Origin: a virus
Direction: 5' to 3' (one strand)
DNA: 64,000 bases
Virus record (IMG/VR): IMGVR_UViG_3300031910_000005
Span: 211 to 64,210 of that record
Positions 36,553-45,679 of the stretch are shown here, piece by piece; the first letter of the stretch is position 1, and each line of letters begins with the position of its first letter. The translations under genes were made by a program, and so were the position numbers. A model generated the notes under the pieces. The model was given only the letters and a program-made list of their open reading frames with translations, searched no databases and was not told the DNA's origin.

Positions 36553-36950
36553 TTCGCCACCGGTACCAGCGCGTTCGCGTGCAGCGCAATCTGAACGGCG
36601 TGCTCCCGCGTGTTCTGCAGGCTCCTGAACGCAAGCTCGAGCATCTGCACCAGCGCTTCGCTGCGGGTGATCTCTCCGCGCTCCCACCGCACGAACGGAA
36701 TGCGTGCCTCACTGTGCTCATGGATGAGCGGGCGCAGCCGCGCCACGAGCGGGTCGGTGTCGCACGGCATGCGCTCGTAGTGGATGAGGGTCGCCTCCTT
36801 CATCGCGTCGATGAGGGGACCGTCGCTGTTCGCATCGTCCACCGCAACCCACACTGCCGCAGCGCCGCAGTTCGGGCATCGGTCATCGGTGATGAACTGC
36901 GGGGCATCGACCCAGTTCACTCCACATCCGGTGCAGCGGTAGTTGGCCAT
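36549..36950 (-). CDS. Zinc-ribbon hypothetical protein
   Basis: CTGC...CPNC. Confidence 0.6.
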   Translation of the reverse strand: MANYRCTGCGVNWVDAPQFITDDRCPNCGAAAVWVAVDDANSDGPLIDAMKEATLIHYERMPCDTDPLVARLRPLIHEHSEARIPFVRWERGEITRSEALVQMLELAFRSLQNTREHAVQIALHANALVPVAK

Positions 36951-37020
36951 CAGGAGTTCTCCGTCACCAGGACGACGAGCACGGTGAGCAGTGCGACCGA
37001 GAGCATCACGTCGTGTGTCG

Positions 37021-37308
37021 TCACGGGACCGCTCCGCTCAGCAGCCGGTCGATGCACAGCGCGTCGTCCCAGGTGTACGGCGCGAGCAGCTCGTAGTTCA
37101 CCGTGGCGAACCCGCTCCGGTGCGCCGGTCCGTAGTCGCGGTGACGACGCAGCACGCCTGCCGTCTCCAGTGCGTCGATGCGAACAGGAGCGATCGGGAA
37201 GCCCTGTGCGACTTCGCCATCACTGACCGGTGTCCAGCCCATGCGCTGCTTCAGCGCCTTGAGGTCACACTTCTGAGGAGTCGTTGAGGGTTCTGCAGAG
37301 TTGTTCAT
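37021..37308 (-). CDS. Hypothetical protein
   Basis: 95 aa ORF in operon. Confidence 0.55.
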   Translation of the reverse strand: MNNSAEPSTTPQKCDLKALKQRMGWTPVSDGEVAQGFPIAPVRIDALETAGVLRRHRDYGPAHRSGFATVNYELLAPYTWDDALCIDRLLSGAVP

Positions 37309-37326
37309 GGCTCTAACAGGTTGTGC

Positions 37327-38043
37327 TCAGTTCACCTTATTACTACCGAGTTCGTTCACCTGTGCCGCAGCGAGGTCGGAGGCAGCCTTCCGCTCCGCGA
37401 GTCCTTGGGCGCGCTCGAGTGTGCGGGCCATGCTGGAGAGCTCTTCGACCATCTGCTCGGGCTTCATGTGATCGACCCGGACACCGATGACGCTGATAGG
37501 CTCGCCGGCAACGATGCGCTCGATCTCCAGTGCCAGCCGCATCACGGAGTGGGCGTGGTGCATCGTCGTGCCCATCGTCATCACCCACTTCCGCATCTCG
37601 CTCGGGCTGATGGTCTGGAGCCCGCCCGCGTCCATGCGCCGCTCCATCTCGTTCACCAGCTTGTCCACGAGCACGGTCAGCTTGATGGAGATGACGGCGA
37701 GGTTCGTCGCGCCCTTGCGGCCGTGGCGCACCATCGTCGCCTCTTCGGCTCGGGCCTGGATCGCATCGAGTCGGGCCTGGATGGCGCGCTCGGCTTCCTG
37801 GCGTGCCTCCTCCTGCTCCGCTGCGATGCGAGCTGCGCGTGCTGCTTCCGCTTCGTCCTTCAGCACCTGCTCGATCGGCACCTTGCCCCAGGGCTTGAAG
37901 CGCCAGCCCTTCTCCCACGCCTTGTGCGCTGTGGCGCGGCTGACTCCTGCGCGTCTGGCTGCATTGGAGACGTTGCCGGGCTGGTCGCGGAAAGCCGCCA
38001 CCAAGTCATTCCACATCTGAACTGTGAGCGCGCGAGCTCCCAT
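37327..38043 (-). CDS. Probable terminase small subunit
   Basis: N-terminal HTH (NVSNAARRAGVSRATAHKAW), helical middle, upstream of terL. Confidence 0.65.
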   Translation of the reverse strand: MGARALTVQMWNDLVAAFRDQPGNVSNAARRAGVSRATAHKAWEKGWRFKPWGKVPIEQVLKDEAEAARAARIAAEQEEARQEAERAIQARLDAIQARAEEATMVRHGRKGATNLAVISIKLTVLVDKLVNEMERRMDAGGLQTISPSEMRKWVMTMGTTMHHAHSVMRLALEIERIVAGEPISVIGVRVDHMKPEQMVEELSSMARTLERAQGLAERKAASDLAAAQVNELGSNKVN

Positions 38044-38079
38044 CCATCACCTTCGAGTATTCAATAGTTCTTAGCAGTC

Positions 38080-38454
38080 CTACCGAATTGGCTTGTTCTT
38101 TCGTCGACGCTCCGAGAGCAGCTCCTCCATCCGGTCGTCCACAATGAGACCATCGGTACGGGACTTCGCAGGGTTGGACTGTAGCGCACTCGTAGCGCGC
38201 GACGCCAGCTCCACGGTTCCGGGAGGGGGCTGGGGCAGTGCGCAGCCCACAGCGTTCGCCGCCACCAGCAGCGCCTCTACGAGCGCGCGCAGGGCTTCGC
38301 TAGGCTCGTGCCCCTGCGCACGGACGTGGGCGCAGAAGTCTGCCCACAGCGCGTCGTTGAAGCGGATGGGATGGGGCGTCGACGCACCCCTCCGGTAGCG
38401 CGCGGGGCGCTCGGGGAGGGACTGAGGCGGGAGGGGTGCGCGAGGGGAGGTCAC
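38080..38454 (-). CDS. Ribbon-helix-helix-like regulator
   Basis: PHPIRFNDALWADFCAHVRAQGHEPSEALRALVEA. Confidence 0.55.
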   Translation of the reverse strand: MTSPRAPLPPQSLPERPARYRRGASTPHPIRFNDALWADFCAHVRAQGHEPSEALRALVEALLVAANAVGCALPQPPPGTVELASRATSALQSNPAKSRTDGLIVDDRMEELLSERRRKNKPIR

Positions 38455-38966
38455 GGGATGCCTGCTGCCTGCATGATCCGGGTGCGGTACAGGTCGTCGG
38501 TCTCCCCGGTGTGACGGGTGAGGCCGCAGGTCATGCCGAGTGCGTCCAGGCCCAGCCCTGTGTCGAGCTGCGGCTGGAACGCAGGTGCGTACCCCGGACG
38601 TGCTGCGGCTTGCTGCACGGCGTCCTTGATGCTGCCTGGGATCGTCCCACCGAGCTGCTCGTGGAGGCGTGCGTCAGACTCCTGCTTCTCGAGCAGCACG
38701 CGCGCGACGTCCGCGTCCATCTTGTCGGCGAGCGCGCGGAGCTTCTGCGAGATGCTCCCGAAGCCTGCGTTCGAGGTCACGGCGCTGTTCAGCGCCTCAG
38801 CGAGTGCGAGCAGCTCAGGGTTCGTGCGCCCAGGACCGTTGCCGACCTTGAGTCGGATAACGTAGGTGTACCCGTCCAGCCCGTTGCGCGCGTGCTCGAC
38901 CGTGCTGGTCTCGATGAGCACGCCGTTGGGCACGACCGCAGGCGACGGCATCGCGGGGGTCGACAT
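38451..38966 (-). CDS. Hypothetical protein with baseplate-wedge-like C-terminal motif
   Basis: 171 aa; LDALGMTCGLTRHTGETDDLYRTRI. Confidence 0.55.
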   Translation of the reverse strand: MSTPAMPSPAVVPNGVLIETSTVEHARNGLDGYTYVIRLKVGNGPGRTNPELLALAEALNSAVTSNAGFGSISQKLRALADKMDADVARVLLEKQESDARLHEQLGGTIPGSIKDAVQQAAARPGYAPAFQPQLDTGLGLDALGMTCGLTRHTGETDDLYRTRIMQAAGIP

Positions 38967-39706
38967 CACTCCACCCCCAGGTACTTGTGGAGCTGGACGC
39001 CCACGCGCCACTGCGGGTGCAGTTGCACGAAGTCGAGGCAGCGCTTCACGTTGGCGCGGTACTCCGCTTCGTTCGTCCCCTCGCTGGACATGCCGTGCAG
39101 GTGGCTGATCTGGACGAACTTCGGGTTGATCGGATCCATCGGGTTCACGAACAGATGGCGTGCGCGCAGACGGCGCTCGAGCGTGAGCAGCTCTTCGTCC
39201 GTCCAGCCTGCGGCGTCGCTGCCGGGGAGCACGATCTTCAGCTCATCGACGCCGCGATCGAGACCGTGTTGGATCTTCAGCTCCAGGCCGATCTTCGGCG
39301 ACACCGTGATCCAGTCGACGTTGCGAAGGGCAGGGTTGTCCACGCTGCCATTGGTCTCGACGGCGATGGCCCACCCGTGCCCATGCAGTGCGGCGACGAG
39401 CGGGTTGTCGAGTTGCAGGGCAGGCTCACCCCCTGTCACCACAACCTGGCGACGGACACCGGGCGTGCTGCGAGAGGGCCAGCACGCTTCGAGACGGTCG
39501 ACGATCTGCATGGCGTCGAGCTTCTCCCCGCCGACGAAGTCTGTGTCGCACCAGCGTGCGCACGCGCCCTTGCCGATCTTGCGATCCTCGACGTGACCGT
39601 TCCATGCGTTGCATCCCGTGAGGCGAAGGAACACAGCGCGCATCCCTGCACGTGCTCCCTCGCCCTGCACGGTGTCGAACACTGCCTTCACTCCGTACGT
39701 CTTCAC
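38966..39706 (-). CDS. queE: 7-carboxy-7-deazaguanine synthase (radical SAM)
   Basis: FDTVQGEG..AG.RAVFLRLTGCN, extended spacer then CARWCDTDF, TGGEPALQ, QLHKYLG. Confidence 0.93.
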   Translation of the reverse strand: MKTYGVKAVFDTVQGEGARAGMRAVFLRLTGCNAWNGHVEDRKIGKGACARWCDTDFVGGEKLDAMQIVDRLEACWPSRSTPGVRRQVVVTGGEPALQLDNPLVAALHGHGWAIAVETNGSVDNPALRNVDWITVSPKIGLELKIQHGLDRGVDELKIVLPGSDAAGWTDEELLTLERRLRARHLFVNPMDPINPKFVQISHLHGMSSEGTNEAEYRANVKRCLDFVQLHPQWRVGVQLHKYLGVE

Positions 39707-40134
39707 TTCCGCACCTCGCTGTAGCCGGCGCGCGAGGTCGGAGTCTCGTAGCAGCTCACGTGCACGACCTTCGCCCCGGTGTCGTGCAGCGCGTGCTGGG
39801 CGACATCGAAGACGACGCGCGCGAGGTTCTCACTCGTCGGTGCGGTGCCGGGCTGCAGGATGAACAGCTTGTGGCGCTGCTCCTGCAGGAACGGGATGAG
39901 CGGGTCGCCCATCTCCAGGATCATCCCGTGGTCGAACTGCTCGTCGAGCCACTGCCCGACACGGCGCTTGATGATCGAGAAGTCCACGATGCGGCCGACG
40001 TCGTCGAGCTCGTCCGCGGTGCACGTGATCTCGAAGGCGAAGCGGTGCCCGTGGTAGTTCGCGCACTTGCCTTCGTGCTTCATCAGGCGATGCCCGGCGT
40101 CGATCTCCAGGCGCTTGGTCACTGTCGTCGGCAT
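39703..40134 (-). CDS. queD: 6-carboxy-5,6,7,8-tetrahydropterin synthase
   Basis: AGHRL..HEGKCANYHGHRF, FDHG, PTSENLA, ETPTS. Confidence 0.93.
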   Translation of the reverse strand: MPTTVTKRLEIDAGHRLMKHEGKCANYHGHRFAFEITCTADELDDVGRIVDFSIIKRRVGQWLDEQFDHGMILEMGDPLIPFLQEQRHKLFILQPGTAPTSENLARVVFDVAQHALHDTGAKVVHVSCYETPTSRAGYSEVRK

Positions 40135-40138
40135 GGTC

Positions 40139-40951
40139 TCACCCCTCTCCCTTCGCTGCGGTCTGTGCCTTGGGCTTGCGTCCGCCGCCCTTCTTCGCTG
40201 CGGGCTTGGACTTCGCCCCTGTGCGGGCGCGCTCGTTGGTCGACGGCTCGGTGTTCTTCAGGCGCTCAGCCCAGTCCATGAACACGGCTTCGAGTGACGT
40301 GCTCCCCCGCGCCGCAGCGGTGCGGTCGAACTCGGCGGCCAGCTCGTTCACGAGCCAGGTCGGGATCGTGCCTGCGATGCGCCCGATGGAGACGCGACGG
40401 TGCTCGGCCCCTGTGTCCACGTGCTGTGTGCGCTTGCCGTTGCCGACGGGCGTCATCTCCTCTTCGCGGATCTTGCCCCAGTCGAACTGCTCGGTCGTGC
40501 GCACGAGCGCAGTGATCTCCGCCCCCGTGTACGGGAGCGTGGCCTCGAGCTCGCTGAGGGGCTGCACCTCGGACAGCTCCTTGGCGACGAGCGCCAGCTT
40601 GTCCGGCGTCGGGCGGCCGCGCAGGTAGTCCGTGATGATGGTGAGCTTCTGCGCCTGCGGACGCTCGACCTTGCCGAGGTTGATGACGGGGATCGCGTCC
40701 AGCTCGAGCTCCAGCGCAATGCGCACGCGGTGCTCGCCGTCGATCACTTCGAGCTGGCCCTCTTCGAGGTCATCGACCTCGCGCGCCAGGATCGGGTCGA
40801 TGAAGCCGTTCTCGCGGATCGACTGCTTCGTCTTCTCGTACGTCGCAACGTCCATCTCGTTCGGGTTCCAGTTGTTCGCGATGAGCTGCGTCGGGCTCAT
40901 CGCACGGAGCTCGAGTCCCGCCACCTTCACCTGTGTCATCTCCGTCGTCAT
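40139..40951 (-). CDS. ParB-like N-terminal domain protein
   Basis: NNWNPNEM...SIRENGFIDPILAR...VIDGEHR. Confidence 0.85.
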   Translation of the reverse strand: MTTEMTQVKVAGLELRAMSPTQLIANNWNPNEMDVATYEKTKQSIRENGFIDPILAREVDDLEEGQLEVIDGEHRVRIALELELDAIPVINLGKVERPQAQKLTIITDYLRGRPTPDKLALVAKELSEVQPLSELEATLPYTGAEITALVRTTEQFDWGKIREEEMTPVGNGKRTQHVDTGAEHRRVSIGRIAGTIPTWLVNELAAEFDRTAAARGSTSLEAVFMDWAERLKNTEPSTNERARTGAKSKPAAKKGGGRKPKAQTAAKGEG

Positions 40952-41910
40952 CGCCCATTCACCTCAACCGCTTTGTCCCAGTCCACTCCACGCCCGCGCC
41001 ACATGCGCAGCATGTCCTGCCCGAACCGCACCCACGCCTCAGCGCTGTACTTCAGCGCGTCGATCCGATCCGGCATCGTGCCGCCGCGGCACTTGTCGAG
41101 CACCGCAGGCGGGATGATGAGCTGGCTCGGACTGAGCTTCTTCTGCGCGTTGCGAGCGATGCCCTGCAGCGTGCCGTCGGAGCGGCGCATGAAGTTCATC
41201 CCGTACAGCATCGGCGCGATCCACGACGACGAGTCCACGGAGAAGAACGGGTACAGGTGCATGTCGTCGGACGCGGTCATCTTGAAGCCATGCACGCGCA
41301 CGCCGCGATCATAGGCAGCGCGCAGGAACTTCGCGTACTCGAGCGGGCGACGATCGCGCTGATGTGACTCGATGGCGACGTAGCGGGAGCGCCCCGGTCG
41401 TCGCGCTTCGTCGAGCAGGTACAGCCAGTAGTCCCAGTCCTTGTCCGAGTGCCAGACATTGACGAGACCTTCGGAGAGCCCTGCGCGCTCGTATGCGAGA
41501 CGCTGCTTCTCGACCCACGGGTAGCCGACAGCGACCGCAATGTCCATCTCCACCCAGTAGTCCGCGAGGCCGGCGCGCTTCTGCACCTTCAGCCACTCGA
41601 TGTACTCGGAGAGGTACTTGTCGTAGTCGACGCCCTCAGTGTCGCGCCCGTCCTTGCTGCCCTTGGTGATGGTCGCAGTGCGGATGGTGAACGCGCCCGA
41701 GTCCGCGAGCCGGAGCTCCGCTTGCCGCATCGCACGGTCCCACCACAGCGGGCTCGATGGCTTGCGGGCGTAGAAGTACGAGGACAGCACCCAGGGCACG
41801 CGCGCCTTCACCGCGGCGACGCTGTGCTCGGGAGCTGTCTCGATTGCTGCGAGGAAGATCCTCACGCCACGCTCCGTTGCTTCCCCACCGAAGCAGCCCA
41901 CTCCCAGCAA
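40948..41910 (-). CDS. dpdA: TGT-like DNA deazaguanine transglycosylase (DpdA-like)
   Basis: LADSGAFT, VEMDI, VHGFKM, FFSVDSSSW motifs; context of folE/queD/queE. Confidence 0.7.
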   Translation of the reverse strand: MLGVGCFGGEATERGVRIFLAAIETAPEHSVAAVKARVPWVLSSYFYARKPSSPLWWDRAMRQAELRLADSGAFTIRTATITKGSKDGRDTEGVDYDKYLSEYIEWLKVQKRAGLADYWVEMDIAVAVGYPWVEKQRLAYERAGLSEGLVNVWHSDKDWDYWLYLLDEARRPGRSRYVAIESHQRDRRPLEYAKFLRAAYDRGVRVHGFKMTASDDMHLYPFFSVDSSSWIAPMLYGMNFMRRSDGTLQGIARNAQKKLSPSQLIIPPAVLDKCRGGTMPDRIDALKYSAEAWVRFGQDMLRMWRGRGVDWDKAVEVNGR

Positions 41911-41958
41911 CCAGAGTGGGTGCAGGTGATGATCTTCTTCTCGAAGCGAGCCCGGCGA

Positions 41959-42816
41959 CTACACTTCATGTGAGGCCATGCCCTTCGGCGTGACGAGGAT
42001 GTCGAGATCGCCTTGGATGATGTTCTCGAGCTGCTCCTTGTGCGCGATGAAGTCCGCACGCACTTCGATGGCGTAGTTCGCATCACCGTCGACGATGAGC
42101 GTGACGTCGAAGTCGTCGTTGTCGCTCGCGGGATGGAAGCGCACGAGGGAGTTCGAGCCCTGCGGCCGCACTGCGAGCACGCGCCATCCGCGTTCGCGGA
42201 ACCACTGCTCGACCTGTTGGTAGACGCGCCGCACCTTGTGCTTGCCGAGCAGCTCTGCGAGCACGTGCTGCCACACCCACTCGCTCCGCTCGCGCAGGTT
42301 GATGCCACCGGGTGTGAGCGCAATGCCGTTCAGCTCGGAGCGCAGATGATCGGACACCCCTGCGCGCCAACTGTTCTCGGCGAGCGCTGCACGATACCCG
42401 TCGGCATCGTACGGCGTCGCTTCAGTCGGCATGAAGTAGATGCGGTCGTACGAGCGGAGCATCTCGTGCGCCATCGCACGCAGGCGCAGGTGCACAGGCG
42501 TGTTGAAGTGCTCGGAGTGCTTCACTGCCTGGTACGCAACGAAGTCGAGCGGCGTGCGGTCGGCGATGATGACGTCCGTGTTCGGACGACACGCCACCTC
42601 GAACAGCGTCGTCCACGACTTCATCGCCGCGTAGGTGTGCGCCTGCGGCTCGGTGTCGAACAGCTTCGGGTCGAAGGGCAACGCACTGCCCGGCTCCGCT
42701 GCGAGGGCAGCGCGCACGCCGTGCGTCCGCAGCCTCCCGACCAGCATGTGCGCCAGCGTGCTCTTCCCTGTGCTCTCTGCGCCAGTGAGCGCGATGATCT
42801 TCTTGCCCAGCAGCAC
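41959..42816 (-). CDS. P-loop nucleotide kinase (AAA_28-like) fused to nucleotidyltransferase-like domain
   Basis: LTGAESTGKST, IIADRTPLD; C-terminal QGS...DFDVT. Confidence 0.7.
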   Translation of the reverse strand: MLLGKKIIALTGAESTGKSTLAHMLVGRLRTHGVRAALAAEPGSALPFDPKLFDTEPQAHTYAAMKSWTTLFEVACRPNTDVIIADRTPLDFVAYQAVKHSEHFNTPVHLRLRAMAHEMLRSYDRIYFMPTEATPYDADGYRAALAENSWRAGVSDHLRSELNGIALTPGGINLRERSEWVWQHVLAELLGKHKVRRVYQQVEQWFRERGWRVLAVRPQGSNSLVRFHPASDNDDFDVTLIVDGDANYAIEVRADFIAHKEQLENIIQGDLDILVTPKGMASHEV

Positions 42817-42817
42817 G

Positions 42818-43318
42818 TCAGACCTCCTCGTCGCCCTTGTAGTCTTCGGGCACCGTCACCACTGCGTCGTGCACGGCGAACGTGCTCATGTCGTAGGGCA
42901 CGCCGACCGAGACCTGATCGTTAGGGCGCAGGAGCTTGATCCACGGCGAGTCGAACACGCGCACGAGAAGTTCGACGCGCTCGGTGATCTCCTTGGGGAG
43001 CGCGAAGAACGCATCGAGCTGCTTCGTGTAGCGGCCGCAGGAGATCGTGACCTCCCCCATGTCCACAGCTTCGAGCAGGCTGGACGTCTTCAGCCAGTCC
43101 CAGTCCTCGAAGTCCTCGGTGAGGAACACGACGTCGAAGTTGCGGTGCATCATCGCAGCGGACTCGACGAGTGTCGGCTTGCGCGCGAGGAACACTGCGG
43201 GCTCACCGAAGTGGTAGCCCTCGATCTCTGTACCGAACCAGACGCCCTTCGCTGCGATGCCTGCCGGGTGCCCCATCACGTCAACTCCTTCACAATGTTC
43301 TCGATCGACTGATCCCAC
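42818..43318 (-). CDS. Hypothetical protein in modification cluster
   Basis: 166 aa; WFGTEIEG motif; start uncertain. Confidence 0.6.
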   Translation of the reverse strand: MGSVDREHCEGVDVMGHPAGIAAKGVWFGTEIEGYHFGEPAVFLARKPTLVESAAMMHRNFDVVFLTEDFEDWDWLKTSSLLEAVDMGEVTISCGRYTKQLDAFFALPKEITERVELLVRVFDSPWIKLLRPNDQVSVGVPYDMSTFAVHDAVVTVPEDYKGDEEV

Positions 43319-44295
43319 ATGCGCGTCGCGTACGGCGCTGCCTCGGCTGCGTTCAGACCTTCGTGGATCAGGTCCACGGCGCGCTCCAGGTCGTCAGCCG
43401 GGTAGCGCGGGAAGTGTTGCAGCGTCTCCTTGTAGCTGAGCGCGTCGGGCACGACGGGATGGCACCCGAGTGCGAGCGACTCGAGCATCGCGATGCCCCA
43501 GGTCTCCTGCAACGCACAGCTCACTGCGACGCGCGACTTGCCGAGCAGTGCGTAGTAACTCGACTTCGACGCGCACACCTCCTTCGTGCGTGTCCAGCGT
43601 GTGCCGTCGTTCCCGTACCGCTGCTGGTACAGGTACTTCATGTGCTCGAACTGCCAGGGCTGCTTCTCGGCTGCGAGGCGATGCGGGAACACCACGATGC
43701 GTTCGCGCGAGACCCACGGTTCGCGGTGCTTCTTCAGCCCGTCGACGAACAGCGGGAACCCTGTGACACGGAGCTGCGGGCCGACACGGTTGCGCTCCCA
43801 GTCCCCGTTGCAGACGTAGTCCATGAAGAGCTTCTTGTGGAACTCGGTCGCGAAGAACATCCGATCGTAGATGTGCGCCCACGACCGCTCCGCACGCTGC
43901 GCCCACATGCGCGTGGGCTTGGTGATGAAGTCGTGCGGATCCCAGGTGCCTGCATGGAACAGCCCGGCGATCTTGAACTTCACCTTGCCGAGGTCACGCA
44001 TGTAGGCGAGCTGCTCGACGGCAGGGTTCCATCCGTCGTGCAGCACAACCCAGTCACCGTCCTTCACGTCGCCTGAGTGCAGCGCGCCGATGAAGTTCGA
44101 GAGCTGCGTGGCCTTCCAGTAGTTGGTGCCGAGCACGTCGAGGAACTCACCCTGCTCGATCTTCTCGGTGAGCTTGCCGCCGTCCACCATCGCCCAGTGC
44201 ATGCGAAGGCGCGAGAGCTCCTCGACCCACCAGGTGTACCAGTCGGCGCTGTAGCGCTCCTCGAGCGGCTCGATCGGGAACATCCAGATCTTCAT
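43276..44295 (-). CDS. GT-B (GT4-like) glycosyltransferase
   Basis: 339 aa from MKIWMFP; VFPHRLAAEKQP, ALQETWGIAMLE..ALGC..VVPD. Confidence 0.85.
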   Translation of the reverse strand: MKIWMFPIEPLEERYSADWYTWWVEELSRLRMHWAMVDGGKLTEKIEQGEFLDVLGTNYWKATQLSNFIGALHSGDVKDGDWVVLHDGWNPAVEQLAYMRDLGKVKFKIAGLFHAGTWDPHDFITKPTRMWAQRAERSWAHIYDRMFFATEFHKKLFMDYVCNGDWERNRVGPQLRVTGFPLFVDGLKKHREPWVSRERIVVFPHRLAAEKQPWQFEHMKYLYQQRYGNDGTRWTRTKEVCASKSSYYALLGKSRVAVSCALQETWGIAMLESLALGCHPVVPDALSYKETLQHFPRYPADDLERAVDLIHEGLNAAEAAPYATRMWDQSIENIVKELT

Positions 44296-44678
44296 CCGAA
44301 CTCCACGCGCGCGCCGTTCTCTGCGTCCTCCCACACTTCGATCGCGGAGATGGGCCACGGCCCTGCTGTGTCCATCTTGAACGCAGCGCAGAGGTCGAGC
44401 GCGATCTGCTCGCACGAACGCGCGCCGAGCATGAGCTCCAGGTGGTCCGCACTCTCTGGCAGGTACAGCTCGCACAGGAGCTTGAACGCACGGCGCTTCA
44501 GCATGTGGAACTCGACCTGGCGGTCGGGATCCGTGACCGTGCACTCGACACGCACCTTGAACACGTGACGGTGCATGTCTGCGAGATACCCGACGACGGC
44601 CGGGGCACTCGGCCATCCGTGGAACCCGACCACATCGAGTGCGGCGATGACGACCTTCTTCTTGACCTCGAGCTGCAT
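44292..44678 (-). CDS. Second QueD-like T-fold protein (DpdL-like candidate)
   Basis: GFHGWP...HRHVF...RQVEF...SCEQIA...VWEDAENGA. Confidence 0.7.
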   Translation of the reverse strand: MQLEVKKKVVIAALDVVGFHGWPSAPAVVGYLADMHRHVFKVRVECTVTDPDRQVEFHMLKRRAFKLLCELYLPESADHLELMLGARSCEQIALDLCAAFKMDTAGPWPISAIEVWEDAENGARVEFG

Positions 44679-45679
44679 CACTTCACCGCTTTCGTCTTCC
44701 TGCGCCGCTGCACCATCCGCGACACGATGTTCAGGTGAATCGACATCGGGGAGCGCAGGTAGCACGTGCGGCACTGGCCGACGTACTCGCCGCTCCGATG
44801 AGAGCTCTGGAGCTCTTTCACGCGCCGCCCTGCCCACACTTCTGCGAGCGATGCGTCGCGCAGGTTCCCGTAGACGTTCGGGCTCTCTGGCGTCGGGTCG
44901 AAGATGAAGCAGCACGACAGCACCGTGCCGTCCTGCGCAACGCTCACGCTCGCGAACGGGTTGATGCAGAGCTCCGCGTTGCGCGGCTTGCTGCCCTCGT
45001 CCGCGCGCCCGCTCATCTCCGAGAAGCAGTCCGCGGTCGTGCGGATGGTGACGACGTCGCCCCAGTTGCGCACGGCGACGATGTCCGTGAGTGCTTCGAC
45101 ATCCGCGCGCGTGCCGACGACGTCGGTGTCCACGAGTTGCAGCTCGACGAACGGAACGTCGTGGCCTGCATCGCGGCGCGTGCGGTACGCGAGCACGAAG
45201 GTCTCGATCGCCGCCATGAGCTGCGGCAGTTGCGCGGGGTAGCGGAGCTGGTGGTAGACCTCGGGGCGCACCGAGTCGACGCTGATGGTGAGCGCGTCCA
45301 GATCGAGCAGCGCTTCGGTGACGCCCTGCTTCTTGCCGATGAGCAGCCCGTGCGTGCTCAGCCCTGTCATCACTCCGGCGTCGTCACGAAGCATGCGGAT
45401 CGCGTCGTGCAGATGCGGGTGCAGCGTCGGCTCCCCTGCCATCTGAAGCTCGGTGTAGAAGCTGCCCCCGAAGTCACCGCGCGCGATCATCGCGCGCAGG
45501 AGCTCGAGATCGAGCAGACCGTCGGGGCGTTCCATGTCCGTGGTGCGCAGGCACATCGGGCACTTCAGGTTGCAACGGTTGGTGAGCTCGACCTGGTAGA
45601 TCTCAGGGAGCGCCTTGAACTCGGTCCCTACCGAGTGCACGTAGGCATCGGTCGTCACCACAGGGAGCTTCACCATCAC
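44678..45679 (-). CDS. Radical SAM protein with SPASM/twitch domain
   Basis: CNLKCPMC; C-terminal CINPF...SCC...CRTC. Confidence 0.88.
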   Translation of the reverse strand: MMVKLPVVTTDAYVHSVGTEFKALPEIYQVELTNRCNLKCPMCLRTTDMERPDGLLDLELLRAMIARGDFGGSFYTELQMAGEPTLHPHLHDAIRMLRDDAGVMTGLSTHGLLIGKKQGVTEALLDLDALTISVDSVRPEVYHQLRYPAQLPQLMAAIETFVLAYRTRRDAGHDVPFVELQLVDTDVVGTRADVEALTDIVAVRNWGDVVTIRTTADCFSEMSGRADEGSKPRNAELCINPFASVSVAQDGTVLSCCFIFDPTPESPNVYGNLRDASLAEVWAGRRVKELQSSHRSGEYVGQCRTCYLRSPMSIHLNIVSRMVQRRRKTKAVK

